Assembly (NCBI GenBank): GCA_017499595.2
Contig: CM039005.1
Span: 3,038,001 to 3,102,000 of the forward strand
Direction: 5' to 3'
DNA length: 64,000 nucleotides
From: Psilocybe cubensis
Taxonomy: Eukaryota
Shown here piece by piece: positions 1-13,159 of this stretch. The stretch's first letter is position 1; the number at the start of each line of letters is the position of its first letter. Below the pieces are notes generated by a model. It had not been told where the DNA came from and made no database searches. It worked only from the letters and a program-made list of their open reading frames with translations. A program made the position numbers and the translations under genes.

Positions 1-1756
1 AAAGGTAAGCAGTTCATCGAACACAAAATGATTTATGATCAGTTCTTAACTAGTTAAATAGAAAAGGATAAGAAGATGGAAAAAAGGGAACAAAAAAAGA
101 AAGAGGATGAAAGACGTCGAAGAAGTATGTCCCTTTTACCTTCCACAGGAATTGTCCAGATGTCTTAACATCTTCTCAACTCGCAGTCGAGATAGAGAGA
201 ATAATCGGTGCTGACATCATTGGCCAAAAGGGACCCATCTCTTCGGTTGCGTCTGCTATCCGCCTTCGAGAAAATGGTTGGGTAGACCGAGATCGTCCTC
301 TAGTAATGCTCTTTCTTGGAAGTTCTGGCATTGGGAAAACAGAAGTTGCAAAGAGAGTTGCAATGTATCTACATGGAATCAAGGCGGAAAAAGAAGATGA
401 GAAAGTGGATGATGAACCAAGATCACCTATAAGCGAAGACGATGACGGTGACGAGCAACAAAAGGCATCGCTAACGGATATTGAAAAGTCTGGTACATTT
501 GTTCGCATCGATATGTCCGAGTACCAACATGACTACACAGTGTCTAACTTAACGGGTACGTGGATATCTGCACTGGGCTATACCGTGACATTATCCTCAT
601 TACACTCCCTCTCAGGTTCACCAAAAGGATATGTCGTACGTCTCATTTCGCGACTTTATTGAAAAATCCTTTTAATTTGTCACTTCAGGGATATGATGAG
701 GGTGGTGTTCTAACCGGAAAATTGAAGGCCAACCCCCGAGCCATTGTTCTATTGGATGAGATCGAAAAGGCACACCCTAATGTCTTGACTGTATTCCTGC
801 AACTGTTCGATGATGGTAGGATCACTGATCCCAAGGTACAGTTGCTCCTCTCTAATTCTGATTTAAATTCCTTATCATTTACATTCTTGCCCCATTATAT
901 CAGCTCGGAACGATCTTCTGTCCCAATGCCGTCTTTATAATGACCTCTAATCTTGGATCTGAGGAGATCCGGCTTGCGGCGCCGAAGCTCAATTCTCTTA
1001 TTGCAAATACAATTGACGTGAACAAACATGAGAAGTATCACAAAGGAGTGACACAATTTACCAAGGAACTTTACCCTTTGTTGAAGAGGTCTCTCAAAAG
1101 AGATGAGTTCCTGGGACGCATCAACCAGACTGTCGTCTTTTTACCGTTTACTGACGTCGAGGTAAGATCAGAACTTGGTTTTTATGACAAGGCGCTGATG
1201 CAATTCATCAGCTTGGACACATTGCAAAGGTAGAGTTAAAGAAGTGGCAGAAGAGAGCTCTGGATCAACACGATATTCACGTCACCTGGTCACCGTCTGG
1301 TTTGTCCATGCTCTGTCCCTGCTATGTTTTTGTTTTTCTTATCAAACCTTTTTCTTTTTATACAGTCATTGAAAGACTTATTCAAGGATATGACGTGAAC
1401 TACGGGGCACGTTCGATCACGAATGAGATAAAGATATGCGCCATAAGGCTGGTTGCAGAGGCACAGATCAGGGGGGACATACCGAGAAGGTTATCTCAGC
1501 TTTTTCTATTTGCAGCATATCGTTAACGAAGAACCCATCAGCTCACACGTCCGTATGATTGTCAATGCCGCAGGTGATATGGAACTGGAGACCGTTGCAA
1601 AAGCAGGTAAGCAAACATGCCTCTACATAAAGATTTTAAAAATTGAAGATGAAAAATACGTGTTTTCCTCTTCTAGGCAAAAGGGAATCTAAGGACCTAC
1701 AGAAATTAGTTCAAACTGTATCGAATTCCCCTATAATAGATGTGCCATCAGCATAA
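1..1756 (+). CDS. Skd3/CLPB-like Clp/Hsp100 AAA+ ATPase, 3' portion, multi-exon (5' end outside window)
   Basis: Spliced translation gives [48 protein letters not shown] (Walker A), [21 protein letters not shown] (pore loop), [12 protein letters not shown] (Walker B), FIMTSN (sensor 1), RDEFLGRIN and [11 protein letters not shown] (sensor 2). GT-AG introns link ORFs 306-662, 560-940, 940-1233 and 1302-1526; predicted last exon 1677-1756. Confidence 0.85.
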
Positions 1757-2456
1757 TGCTATCCGTTAATGTATTATATATTGTAGCTTTTAGTTTTATG
1801 TGCTTAACGAACAATTCGAACGACTTTTATGCATTCTAGGAGCGATGAAATAGCCAATAAATGCGGATCCTGTATTCTTCAGAAAGCTCTAGTCGTCATT
1901 AGTCCCACTTGAGGGGAGATTGTTACATAGGCATCTTAGTTGACAAATGGAAATCTGATGTTGAAACTAGAAGAATGCTTGATACAGAGCAAAATAGTCA
2001 ATGTTTCAGTGGTGCGAGTAGAACGTCATCATATATATATACAGGTCAATTCAGAATAGTTACAAAGTACTCCGAGTGATATGCTTGCAAAAGCTGTGTA
2101 GTCTCCCAAATTTATGCAGTCTAAGAAGAGGTATAACGGCTACAGGACGGGATGTTAGTGCAGGTTAGTGCAAGGCTGGACTAATTATTCACTCATTTGG
2201 AAAATTATTGTGCCAGATATGCATAGCTTGTCACCTTTCTGACACTGGATCTCCTCCTCGCTTTGAGGGAAGGCTTCAAAGTGGCTGTGCCGGTTCAGTG
2301 TATGGCAAATCACCGTCAAAATTCCCACGAGTACCGCCACACTTGTGATATTTCGATAGAAACATGATAATTGTGGTGCTTTATTATACACAAACTCGTA
2401 ACTAATTGTTTTGTATCTCTCATTTGTTGAGCGATATTCAGAAAGCAATAAACTAC

Positions 2457-2836
2457 TCAGTGAATTAAGACGCTCTCCCAGTTAACACTAAACAAACCCA
2501 GCGGTTAACAAACAAACTAATACCTCATCGAAAAAAGTATCCTCACCCAGTGGGAGCAGTCGCACATCCTGAGCCAGCACCGCGGGTGAGCTGGGATCCG
2601 TGTGTGCACGAGTCGTGTCCCCCGCCAGAGATGTAGAACTCGATAGAGGACGGGACGCCGGAGTAGCTGATAGACCTGACGGAGGCGGAGCCCAAGGTAA
2701 GGCAGGTATTAGAGCCGCCGCTGCCTGAGGCGACTTGGGATCCAGTGCAGTCTGCTCCTGCGAAGCCAGTGATGGTGGCGGACATTGCTGCAGAGGCGCA
2801 TGCGAGGGTGGTGAAGGCTGCGGTGGTGAACTTCAT
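2457..2836 (-). CDS. Small secreted 4-Cys protein, MiAMP1-like family, copy 1 (106 aa)
   Basis: Signal peptide MKFTTAAFTTLACASAAMS; intron 2546-2488 (GT..AG) adds VNWESVLIH*; 5'UTR intron and TATAAAA upstream (~2995). Confidence 0.85.
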
Positions 2837-5088
2837 TGTAGTGTAGTAATCGTTTGTAATTCTGGATTATCATGATATAAGAACAGCATTATTAGCTTGG
2901 ATATATTATTGCAAGTGAGAGAGAAGCCTTTGCGAACCTGTATGAACGATGTAACGTGTTGTTCTGAGAGATACTAAGGGAACACATAGCTTCTTTTATA
3001 CCTTTTCATGAACCGCCACATGTACGAAGCCTTTAGCATGCACCAGGTGGTTGTTAATGTTAAAGCCGTTCATTCCAATGCCTTTGTCATGCCGGTTCGA
3101 GGGAAGTGTGCTGGATCCACCTTGGTAGAAATCTGTGGAGAACGATGCTTGGGATATAGTTTCATATCCATGGGTAACTCAGAAATTTTGATTTTGGGGC
3201 GCCACACTTGCAGTCACCGGAGGTGTTAGAAAAATGGATTGTTACGCCCTACTTCGCTCTCCAACTTCAGAGAATTATTGTCAGATAATTTGTCTCAACT
3301 GGTATATTTACAATAGCATAATTGGGAAGAGCACAGAAACATTCTTACGATTGGTTTCTTGCAGTTCCAGCCTTTCAGTATGTACTGTCCGTACTCGGTG
3401 CTATGCATAGGCTGCGTATATCTATTCCTGTCCATATGATGTTGCATCATTTTCGTCATGCCGTCCCGAGAGAGTGATTACCTTGGTAGAAATCATTGGA
3501 GAAGTAGCCTATAAAATTAATTTCATGATCACAGTGTGGGATGGAAGCTTCGATTACACAGTGTTATGCAGTGCAAACTAACATTGGACGGAAATTAAAG
3601 CAGACTCTGGGAAACACAGCGGCCACCCAGTTTGAAATAGGACTGAAAACTCAAATAGTTATATTGAAGCGGCGAAACCTAGAGATACAATGTTAAAACC
3701 AGCAATGAGCACCATTGTTGTTAGTATATTTCTCCGAGAAGCAAAGCCAGTAGTACCGGCGGGTGTTACGCGCCTATAAATTACGTGATCCCAATACCTG
3801 ACTGAGAATTGATAGGCTAGTCTCCATTCTGAATGCGGACAAGGTGATAACCGTCGATGCATCCCGATGAACCACTACGTTCTCCACAATATGGGTACAA
3901 CCTAAAGTACTCCGGGTAGACACGGATCGAGCCAGTGGTTTCGTCGTTCTTCGAAGCTCCATGAAGAACCAGCTGATACACATAGTTGGATGCCGAAGGT
4001 ACGAATCTCCGAAGCTCACGGTTTCTGAGGAAGTAACGTTTAAACAAAACTTCGAAGCACTTCCCAGCTCCAAATCGTCTAGTAATTCATGACACAGTTT
4101 GATTCCTTTTTTTTGTTGAGGTAACTTTTCATGTAATGCGGTGAATCCTATGACTTGCAAAGCGTTTCAGTGCGCTCATGCCGGTGTCCCCAAATCAGAA
4201 TTAAAAGAGGTATGAATCCAAGAAAAGACTATTAGAGACCGGGATCCGGAGAAAATAACACTCAATGTATGTTTGTCCGTCTCTCTGGACAAAAATCTCA
4301 GCGAATAGGAGAACGTGTACATGGTACACTTGACCCGTCAAATTTGAGAATTCCACGAGCATTACCTCTCAAAGTTATGTCCCTCAGCGTAATGGATGCC
4401 AGTATTCACGTTCAGGGAGACGAAATGGAACGACGGTTCTTGACGAGCACCAGATGAGTTTCCTTGCGCGGGTGAGGTTTCTGTGCACTGTGCAATCACA
4501 ACCATGTGGATCGTACAGGTAACGTAGGATAGCATGATACATCTCCTCATGACGTGGATGTAGACGATGAAATAGATGTGATTGTGTGCAGCAGATGCGC
4601 GCCTCGTTAGAGGGGCAGGATGACAGCGAAAGCAAGGTTGAGGTGACAAACAAACCCTGAAAAGAGCCACGTGATATCGGCCTTTGAAAATGCAGAGTCT
4701 AGACTCTTAGCCCAGGCCCTCCTCTCATTGGCTCTTCTACTTCACACAAAGTACAGCAGCCATTCTTGTTTATGCCTTTCATTGAAATAATTCTTCTGGC
4801 TTTCAAGCTTTAACTCTGACACACACAAGGAATACGATGCTCGATATATAAGCTGTACAACTATCGTTACTCATGTTCTGCTCTATTCCGTGGATGGCAA
4901 CACCTCCTTGACACTTCCCCAAGCCACTCTGGTCAGTCTTCTACACATTTCTGTCTCCCTTGTTATGTCTTTCGATGTTCAGGATAAGATATTATAAAAT
5001 TCAGGAGGGACCAGACATCTCGTACGTATGCTCGTAGGCAGGTTGATCACTGCCGAGAGTCCCATATGATCATTACATGATAATCTTT

Positions 5089-5481
5089 TCACTGAATGGC
5101 AGCACCCCACCAATTGGAACTAGATCAAACATAATCAGTATCAGCAACCAACATAACAGCTAAAACAAACATATAGGCTTACTTTTGCGGGGCGGTTGCG
5201 CATCCTGAGGCAGGGGGAAGGACGAGCTGCGGGCCGTTGGTACACCAGTCATGATGGCCGTCAGCGACGAAGAATTGGATAACCCCGGCGTTGAGCCCGG
5301 TGTAGCTGATGGATTTGACAGTGGTCAAGTTGAACGTCAGGCACATCCCGGCACTGCCGCTGACGGAACCAATGGCAATGCCTGTGCAGGCTGCGCCGTT
5401 GAAGGCGATGAGCGTGGTGCTGGCCACGGTAGACACAAATGTACTGGAGATGAGGAAGAGAGTAGCACGGGTGAACTTCAT
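5089..5481 (-). CDS. Small secreted 4-Cys protein, MiAMP1-like family, copy 2
   Basis: Signal peptide; FNGAAC..C..KSISYTG..FF..HDWC..GCATAP; same phase-2 intron, last exon NSNWWGAAIQ*. Confidence 0.82.
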
Positions 5482-6449
5482 TGTTGAGTAGTGTAGTCTC
5501 TCGATATGGGTACCTGGAATGATTTTATTTTATGTTAGTTTGCAATGAATAAGGCGAGAGGGAATCGTATGTGCACCTGGAGAAGACGTTGTACGTTGAT
5601 GAATACACTTGAGAGGGGATGTATAGCATTCAGAGTCATTTCTTCCCTGGTATAAAGCAATCTGTCAGGGCGACAAAGTTCCTGTGTACGTAAATCATCC
5701 TTCAGTAATGTTTAAATGACTGGATCCCCCATCATTCAATACCGCCTGGTAAGAATCTATGCGGATGTAGGCTGGAGATGTATGATCATTTGACCTCTTC
5801 ATGAATATCAATCTGTTTCTGCTATATCGTGGCTTGTTGGAGGCGAAGTCAGGGCGGAGGTTAAATAGCTTTGGAAATAGCAAAGACAAGCAATGCGTTG
5901 CTGAAATCTTTCTCCCGCCGTTGTCGTCTCTTGTTTATCGAAGGTCGACAATTCGAACAGAGGGAACACTGCAAAAAACGTTGTGCCCGAAGTGGTTCCT
6001 CTATCCATGTTTTGAGAATGAACCAATCCAACAATAAATATAAAGCTATATGTGATCGTATTCGAGATAAAATTTGTGAGGACGTGCAGCTCCTACTTTG
6101 GTTTGCTCTTGCCTACTAATACACCTACTTAACGCAAAGCCGGCCTGCTCTTTACCCATTTCGAGTGCATATCTCGAAGTACATGGCCTCAAATCAAGAA
6201 TCTGTGTAATTTTGTGTACAATGAATTAAGAAAACGACTTCCAGTGTCTAGCATACGTTTATATAAATATACATCTGTGATTATAGCTACATATCATGAT
6301 AGAAGTCATTGTTCGTCAGAGTCGAATGATAAAGATAGGACAACCCGGTGCCACCGATAATGATTGTTTGGTGTATATGCTCGGTCAGGCGATTCGACCT
6401 TCTGATGCACAGCGCGTTGAAAGCTTAGGGAATACAAAGTAGCCAGAAA

Positions 6450-6834
6450 TCAGAAAACTGAGACGCTTTCCCAGTTAAGCCTAAATCAAAAGATAAACAC
6501 TCAAGTACATGACAGCAGAGAACCGAGAGAAATCATACCCGTTCGGTGCAGTAGCGCATCCTGTCCCCCCAGGCATGATGCTGCTCGGTGTACCTGTACA
6601 TGAATCGTGCTGGCCACCTGAAGCGTAGTACTGAGACTGGGTAGGAACATCTGTGTATTGAAATGATTTTGTGGATTGTCCGCCCAGGCTGAAGCATTCC
6701 CCGACGATGACATTGAAGCTTTCTCCTTGTGTGCCGGTGCAATCCGCTCCAGAAAACCCGGTTATGGTTGCTGACATTGCTCGAGAAACAAAGATGATGA
6801 AAACCATGCTTGTGTATAATGTAGAGTGGTGCAT
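6450..6834 (-). CDS. Small secreted 4-Cys protein, MiAMP1-like family, copy 3
   Basis: ATITGFSGADCTG..C..KSFQYT..YY..HDSC..GCATAPNG; conserved intron, last exon LNWESVSVF*. Confidence 0.82.
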
Positions 6835-9062
6835 ATGAAAGTGTTCCTAGCGTGTATGAATGGATGATTAGGCTACGAAATTGTGTGTAAATGATGGGCA
6901 TACTGGACAGATAAGTTGATCAGGGGAGATACTGAACGTCAAAGACTTTGGTGCTTTTTAACTTGTTCCTTAGACAGTTTAATAGTTCAGTCCCATTTCT
7001 ATCTCATAATAGCTTTCAGATCTCCATACGTTGCAGCCTCAACTCTTCAATTGGTGGCATAGGCTTCATTTGTTGTTTTGTTCTCTTGGAAACTGTTCGG
7101 AAACGATGAAGACTTGATGGTCCTGAACCCTTGCGCCTTGTATTGTCTAGCACGTGATGTCCAGACGCGTCCCACGCGTTATTCAGGGGTAAGGCCAAAA
7201 CATTATTTTCACTGCTGACACGATTAGAATGGTATTGAAATCTACATACTACGTTAATCAACAGTTGTATAAATGATCAAAAGAAGAAATCATCGTTATA
7301 CGTAAAAAAACTACGAGTTTCAAACAATGAATCATCAACGAGAATATATCTTGAAATTTGAAAACTCACCTTGTCAGTCATGGTTGTACCTAAGTGTATC
7401 TTATCAAACGCTGAAGATTGAATAGTAGTATTTGGATTTGATGAGGGTAGCGTAATATATCCGCGTCCTCATAATACGGTTTTATACCTACTTAGAGCAT
7501 TTCATTGCTGCTAATATCATCACGATGTAATCTAAAAAAACATTTTTTGCTTTGCCCTTCCAGGTACAGGCTTATGCCATCAGAACTCACCTCAAATAGT
7601 CAAATGGTCTGAATGAAATTACCCCAGAGGTTTAAATTTGGTCGCGCTGTTCAAAGCTTGAATTGAAAAGGTCAAAAGACGATATAATAGTTACCACGAG
7701 ACAGAGTTTCAACACGGCCGTTTCCGCGGCAGTGATGAGCCGCCATATCACCCCAGAAGCATCAGCTCTACCAGGGCTCTACCTCATACGGCATACTAGG
7801 ATACATCATGCGGGATACGAAGCCCGACCGTTGTCACTGGCACGTTGATGCAACCGTTCGATTCAGAGAGAAACACCTTGGAAGTTGCGACGCATGCACG
7901 CTAAGCGCCTAAGATAGACTCAGGAATGCGCAGCAGGCGAGAGCGCGTCTCAGTGCGCGCTTGGGTTGCTGCGCGCCTCCTTCAGCTTCAATGCCAAGCC
8001 TTTGCTCTCTTCGCCGCTCCACAGCGCCCCCCGACAATTTTGAATCCAGGCACATCACCTTACATCACCCCCCATAAAAATACAGAACGCCAGATCAGTA
8101 GTTCCTCATTTTAAAATTAGACACGGTCTAACTGTTTTTGTTAATTGGGTGGCCTACGAATTGTAGTGGGTTTTCTGTGCTATCGTTGTGAGAGTTGGAA
8201 TATGACTTTTAGTCAATGAATAATCTTTTACACTACAACGAGCTTCAAACATGAACTTATGAAGCTACAAGACCATTGATCTAACAGCAATAACACCCGC
8301 ATCCGATGTGCGCGGGTGCACTCTCCGGGTATCACTGTCCGGCATGCCAGCGGCACAGGTCGTCTGGGCCACCTGGGCAGCGGAAACGGGGCAACGGCTC
8401 GATAGGCGTGTCATCCCGTCTAACATCCCCTGTTGAATTTTCTCTCATGCGCCGTCGTGCACTGGATTTTCACCCAGGCTTCACAGGGTCACACCCGGCG
8501 TTGATCACCGTTTACTGCTACGACGACGATTTATTTGCAGTGGATTGTTGGTGAGGTTGGGTTCTTCTCTGACCCTCTGACTTTTTGAATTTTTGGACTT
8601 GCTTTTGGCTTTACCCCTGTCTATTGTACATTGCACATCGCACATCGCACATCGCACCACATCACACATTACACTTCGTTCTCGCTCTCATTCGCTAGTT
8701 TGATTCCCATACCATACCCCGCATTTTCAATCTGCTTTGGATCTAACACATTTGCACACGGAACCGCCACGACGACTCATAGCTTGAGGCTCTCGGACCA
8801 ACTTATCCTGCCCGAACGACTACGTAGCACCAATTCCGCCGTTTAGCGTACAATTTGGACCCGGATCTATCTATCCATCTATCTATACATAAGGCTGGGA
8901 GACGTGAGGGCGGACCGCAGAGGACTCGGCCACTCTTCATCCGTTCATCTTTGCTTCACACTCCCACCATCGTCAGCGAGCTCCCCTCGAAGTTGCTACC
9001 GCCCGACGACCTACGCTACTCTTACGCCCCCAACCTAGCAAGATTTGGATTTTGCCTGCGAA

Positions 9063-12000
9063 ATGGAGACCTCTGCGAGATGGAAGGGTAAAGCTCGTGC
9101 GACCGAGTTCGATTTCCTGTATTCGCGAGCGTACTTTGCTGAGAGCCGTAGCTCTAATGCTAGAGAAGCAGAGGGCGACTACGGACGCCAGCGGCATGGT
9201 GTGAGGGGCTATGATGAGGGTATGGGAAGGAAACGACGGGCGATGAGGACAGGGCGGTTTGGGAGAGAGGATATTGGGATTGGTATGAGCAAGAGAGATG
9301 GTGTGAATGCCGAAGGCAGTGGGGGCTCTGGGGGCATTGTCCTCCCGCTGGATATGGTTGGAAGTGGTGTGACGGATGTGTGAGTCTTTTTATTTCACGT
9401 TTGCTTTTTCTATCTCTGTTTCGGTGTGTGGAGGGTGATTAATGAAGAAAACTTCTGCAATTTTTCACTGCTTTCTCTCTTTCTGCCTGCGATGGATCGG
9501 AGAGGGGTCAGGAGAACGGTTCCCCGCATTTGATATGCGTTGTGGGGGTGCATCAAAAGTTTATCCAACGTTTTTTTTCATCCTTTAGCCACCTCCTTCG
9601 ACCATACTGCCGCAATGACCATGCTGCTTCGACGTCATGCACAGTGACAGCGTCAGAGGCGTCGCAGCACGCTGCGATCGGGGATCGACGTTGATTGCAG
9701 GCGGCTTCTGTGTGATCGCGATCACGAATTGCGGGCATTATTTTGTTGTGTTTTTTGCTGGTTAACATTTACCTTCCCCTACTTGCCTTTTTTCTTCAAT
9801 CTCAACCCATATTTGTGGTGTCGCTGACACTCTACACAGAGCATATACGTTGCCAGTTAAATTTGGCAGCACCGACAATGGTCGCCCGCAGCAACAGTTC
9901 TCGTTACAGGTAGACACCGGCTCGTCTGACATGGTGCGTTTTCTCTATTTGCATATACTCAACCATACGTCTAAATGTCTCGCCAGTGGATTGCATCGAC
10001 GTCATGTTCGACCTCCTCATGCAAACTCACCGACGGCCGATTGTACGACCCCTTGCAGACTCAGGCGCGCGCGACAGGTGTGGATTTCAGTATACCCTAT
10101 TTATCTGGCTCGGCGAGCGGACCAGTATACTGGGACAGTGTGACGATTGGAGGATATACGATTGATAACCAGGCACTAGGTGCGTTTTCTCCTGCCCCTG
10201 CCACTCCCTAAACTAACACTTGCAAAGCCGCCGCCTCCGACGTCGACTCTGAACCCCTTTCCTCAAAATTCAGCGGCATACTTGGCCTCGCGCTCCCGCT
10301 CAACTCGATCATCGCAGCGTCCATCCCGCCAGTCACATCCAACGCACCCGACGGCGCCGCATGGGCGTCGAATCTCTTTTCCATCACACCCACATCCTCC
10401 GCGCCCTCCGCGCGCTTCCTCTCTCTCGCACTGGAACGGCCAGGCTCAGACCGTGTGCCCAGCGTGCTGGGCATCGGGCGACACCCTCAGGCGCTCGTCC
10501 CGGACCCGAGCAAGGTGCAGTATGCGCAGCTCGTGGCGGAGGCGAGCGGGACGCTCTTTTGGAAGGTCGGGGTTAGAGCGATCACGGTGTATGTTGATGG
10601 GCAGAGGAAGGAGGTGGATGTGGGCCGTGGAGGTGCTGGTGGTGCGTTTCCGAGCGCGGTGGTGGATAGCGGTGTGCCGCTGATTTTGGCGACGAGTGCG
10701 ATTGCGAATGCGGTGTATGGCGCTTTGGGTGTTGAGCCTGCCAGTGATGGAAAGTGTGCGTGGACTTGTTCATTTTAATTTCTTTTTGCTGTTTGCTTAT
10801 GAGGATATGCGCTATAGATTATATCCCGTGCACTACTCCGCTCAACTTGACATTCACGCTCGATACTCGCTCTGAATTGCCCATACACCCCCTGGACCTC
10901 ACTACTCTCGCCGACCCCTCCTCCGCCTCGACCTACTCCCCATCGACATCAACGTGCGTCGGCCTCATCCAATCAGCAGACGCCTTTCTTGGCCCTGGAT
11001 CGACTAGTGGTATCGGGGATATGATTCTCGGTGTCCCCTTTCTGCGGAATGTGTACACCGTCATGGCATACGTTGCACCAGGCAAAGACGGCTCCTTCCC
11101 CGTAGGCAGTGGAAGCAGCAACACCGGCGGAGACGTCAAACCGCGCCTTGGCCTGCTCGGGCTGACAGACCCGACAATTGCGCTGGAGGAATTCCACACG
11201 GTCCGCGTGCTCAATCAGCCTTTATCGTCCTCCCCCTCGTCGTCGTCGCCGTCTTCGGGGGGTGGGAGCGGGAGCGGCACGGGCTCGGATCATAATACGA
11301 AGACGGTGTCGTCGCCGAAGAAGCTCAGCACGGGTGCGATTGTGGGTCTGGCGTTCCTTGCGTTCTTCGTGTTGTGTGTTGGGGCTGTTGGGGTGAGGTA
11401 TTTGCTTAATATGCGCACGCGCGCGGCGCGGAGAAAGGAGCGCGAGCGCGAGCTTGCGGAGCTGGGGATGCCGGGGTCGCTAGGTGGTATGGATAAAAGT
11501 GGGTATGGCGGGTATGGAATGAGTATGGACCAGCGCGCGGCGTATGATATTGTCAGAGGAAGAGGCCGTGGGTTTGATGGCACGGGTGTTGGTGATGTGA
11601 CGATGGTAGCTGGACGTGGGGTTGGAGAGGACGGGGTGTTGCTGAGAGAGAGGGAGAGCGAGCGTACGCTGCTTGGGAAAGACGCAAGTGAGAAAGGCAA
11701 AGGCGAGGAAGGCGGTGAATTTGGTGTGAGGGGTGGTAAAGACTTTGTCGACATCGACGATGTGCATGGTGAACCAGACGATACCCTCGTCGCGCGCGGC
11801 GATGTCCATTCCAAACCCACGAACCACGACGACGACGACGATTTTTATGCCTCGCCGAGCCCTCCTGCGTCGCCTGATATCCCGACTTTCCGGACACCTT
11901 CAGCCGCTGCCGTAGGTATGCCGCTACTCTCCCACCAACATCAGCATCAATACACAGACTCGGACTCAACCCCGATCTCCTTCCCAACAAATACCACGCA

Positions 12001-12235
12001 CCGGCCCCTAGACAGCGTTGACATCCCACTGCTTTCACATCGCACACAGGACTCGCAGGACTCTGAGAGCTCTGGAGATGGAGGAAGCGGTGTGGACAAG
12101 GATGGCGACGCGCAGAGTCGAAAGAGCGGGCGGAGGGGAAGAGCTATGAATTATAGTATGCCCCGGCCGATGGTCGAGCGGGATGTGCGTGCGGATGCGG
12201 GTGGGGATGCGGTGCGCGGTTTTGGTGTGGAGTGA
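9063..12235 (+). CDS. Pepsin-like (A1) aspartic protease with C-terminal transmembrane helix and long low-complexity tail, multi-exon
   Basis: Catalytic motifs VDTGSSD(M)W and VVDSG; Y-x-x-G-S flap (YLSGSASG), GILGLA, ILGVPFLRNVYTV; hydrophobic helix AIVGLAFLAFFVLCVGAVGV followed by basic RAARRK; GT-AG introns at ~9380-9839, ~9933-9986, ~10180-10226 and ~10755-10817. Start codon uncertain. Confidence 0.85.
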
Positions 12236-13159
12236 TGTTGAGGGGATATTGGAAAGAAGGGTGAATATGGCACGGCGTTCAACTTTATTGGGAAATTGCC
12301 CACGGCTCGGCCGTTCAAGGTCGAGAATGTAAAAGAGGCTTCGGTGGGATGTGTCGGTTCGTCCTGTTTACATGCGGCTTGGGTCCCCGGCGCGCTCAGT
12401 CGACTAGTGTCAATAACGCCACCCTGGAGGAACAAAAAACACAATGCACTTTGGACCAGCTCAACTGTCGATATCAATTTTGGCTAAACACACTGCATGT
12501 TTCCTTGGTGGGGCGCTTTGAACGTTGAAGGAGGGGTGCACAACACACGCAAAATGCGCATTGCATAACTCGAAGCAACGCATGTACCTTCTTCGTCTTC
12601 GCGATCTTCTGGATTTTGTCTTTGTTGGACGAGATCGTCATCATATTTATGTATATCTTGCATATCGCACCACGATCTTTTCCTTTCTTTTCTGTTGGTT
12701 TGCAATCCGTCATCGCTGCTCCGTTTCTTGTTTTATTTGTTATAAGCATTTTTGCTTTCTTATCTAAGTTATTGTCAAACTCTGTATATCCATCCTCTTA
12801 TTCTCTATCTCTTTATTCATGCTCGTATCCATACCACTCGCTCGCTCAACTGCTTTTTTACCTAGTTATTTATTCAAGCTTCTATTGATTTTTTGGATTC
12901 GGACTGTCTCTCTCTCTCAGTACTCTCTTTTTCTTTTGATTTCACTCGTACAGTGATGTGGTAGTGGGAAATATCATTCACTGACTCTGCTGTCAGTGTC
13001 ACATCATCATCATGCCCTAACGATGACTAACGTGTATTCCTTGTTTCCAACCAACCTCCTTCATCCCAGGATCATCGAGTTCTTGACCCCTTTATACTTT
13101 CCGTCCTTTCTACACCGTAACACCATTGAAAATACGACGAACTTCAAAGATTTCTGACG

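Noticed and set aside
3659-4670. Short ORFs between secreted-protein copies 1 and 2
   Set aside because: No recognisable motifs or coherent exon chain.
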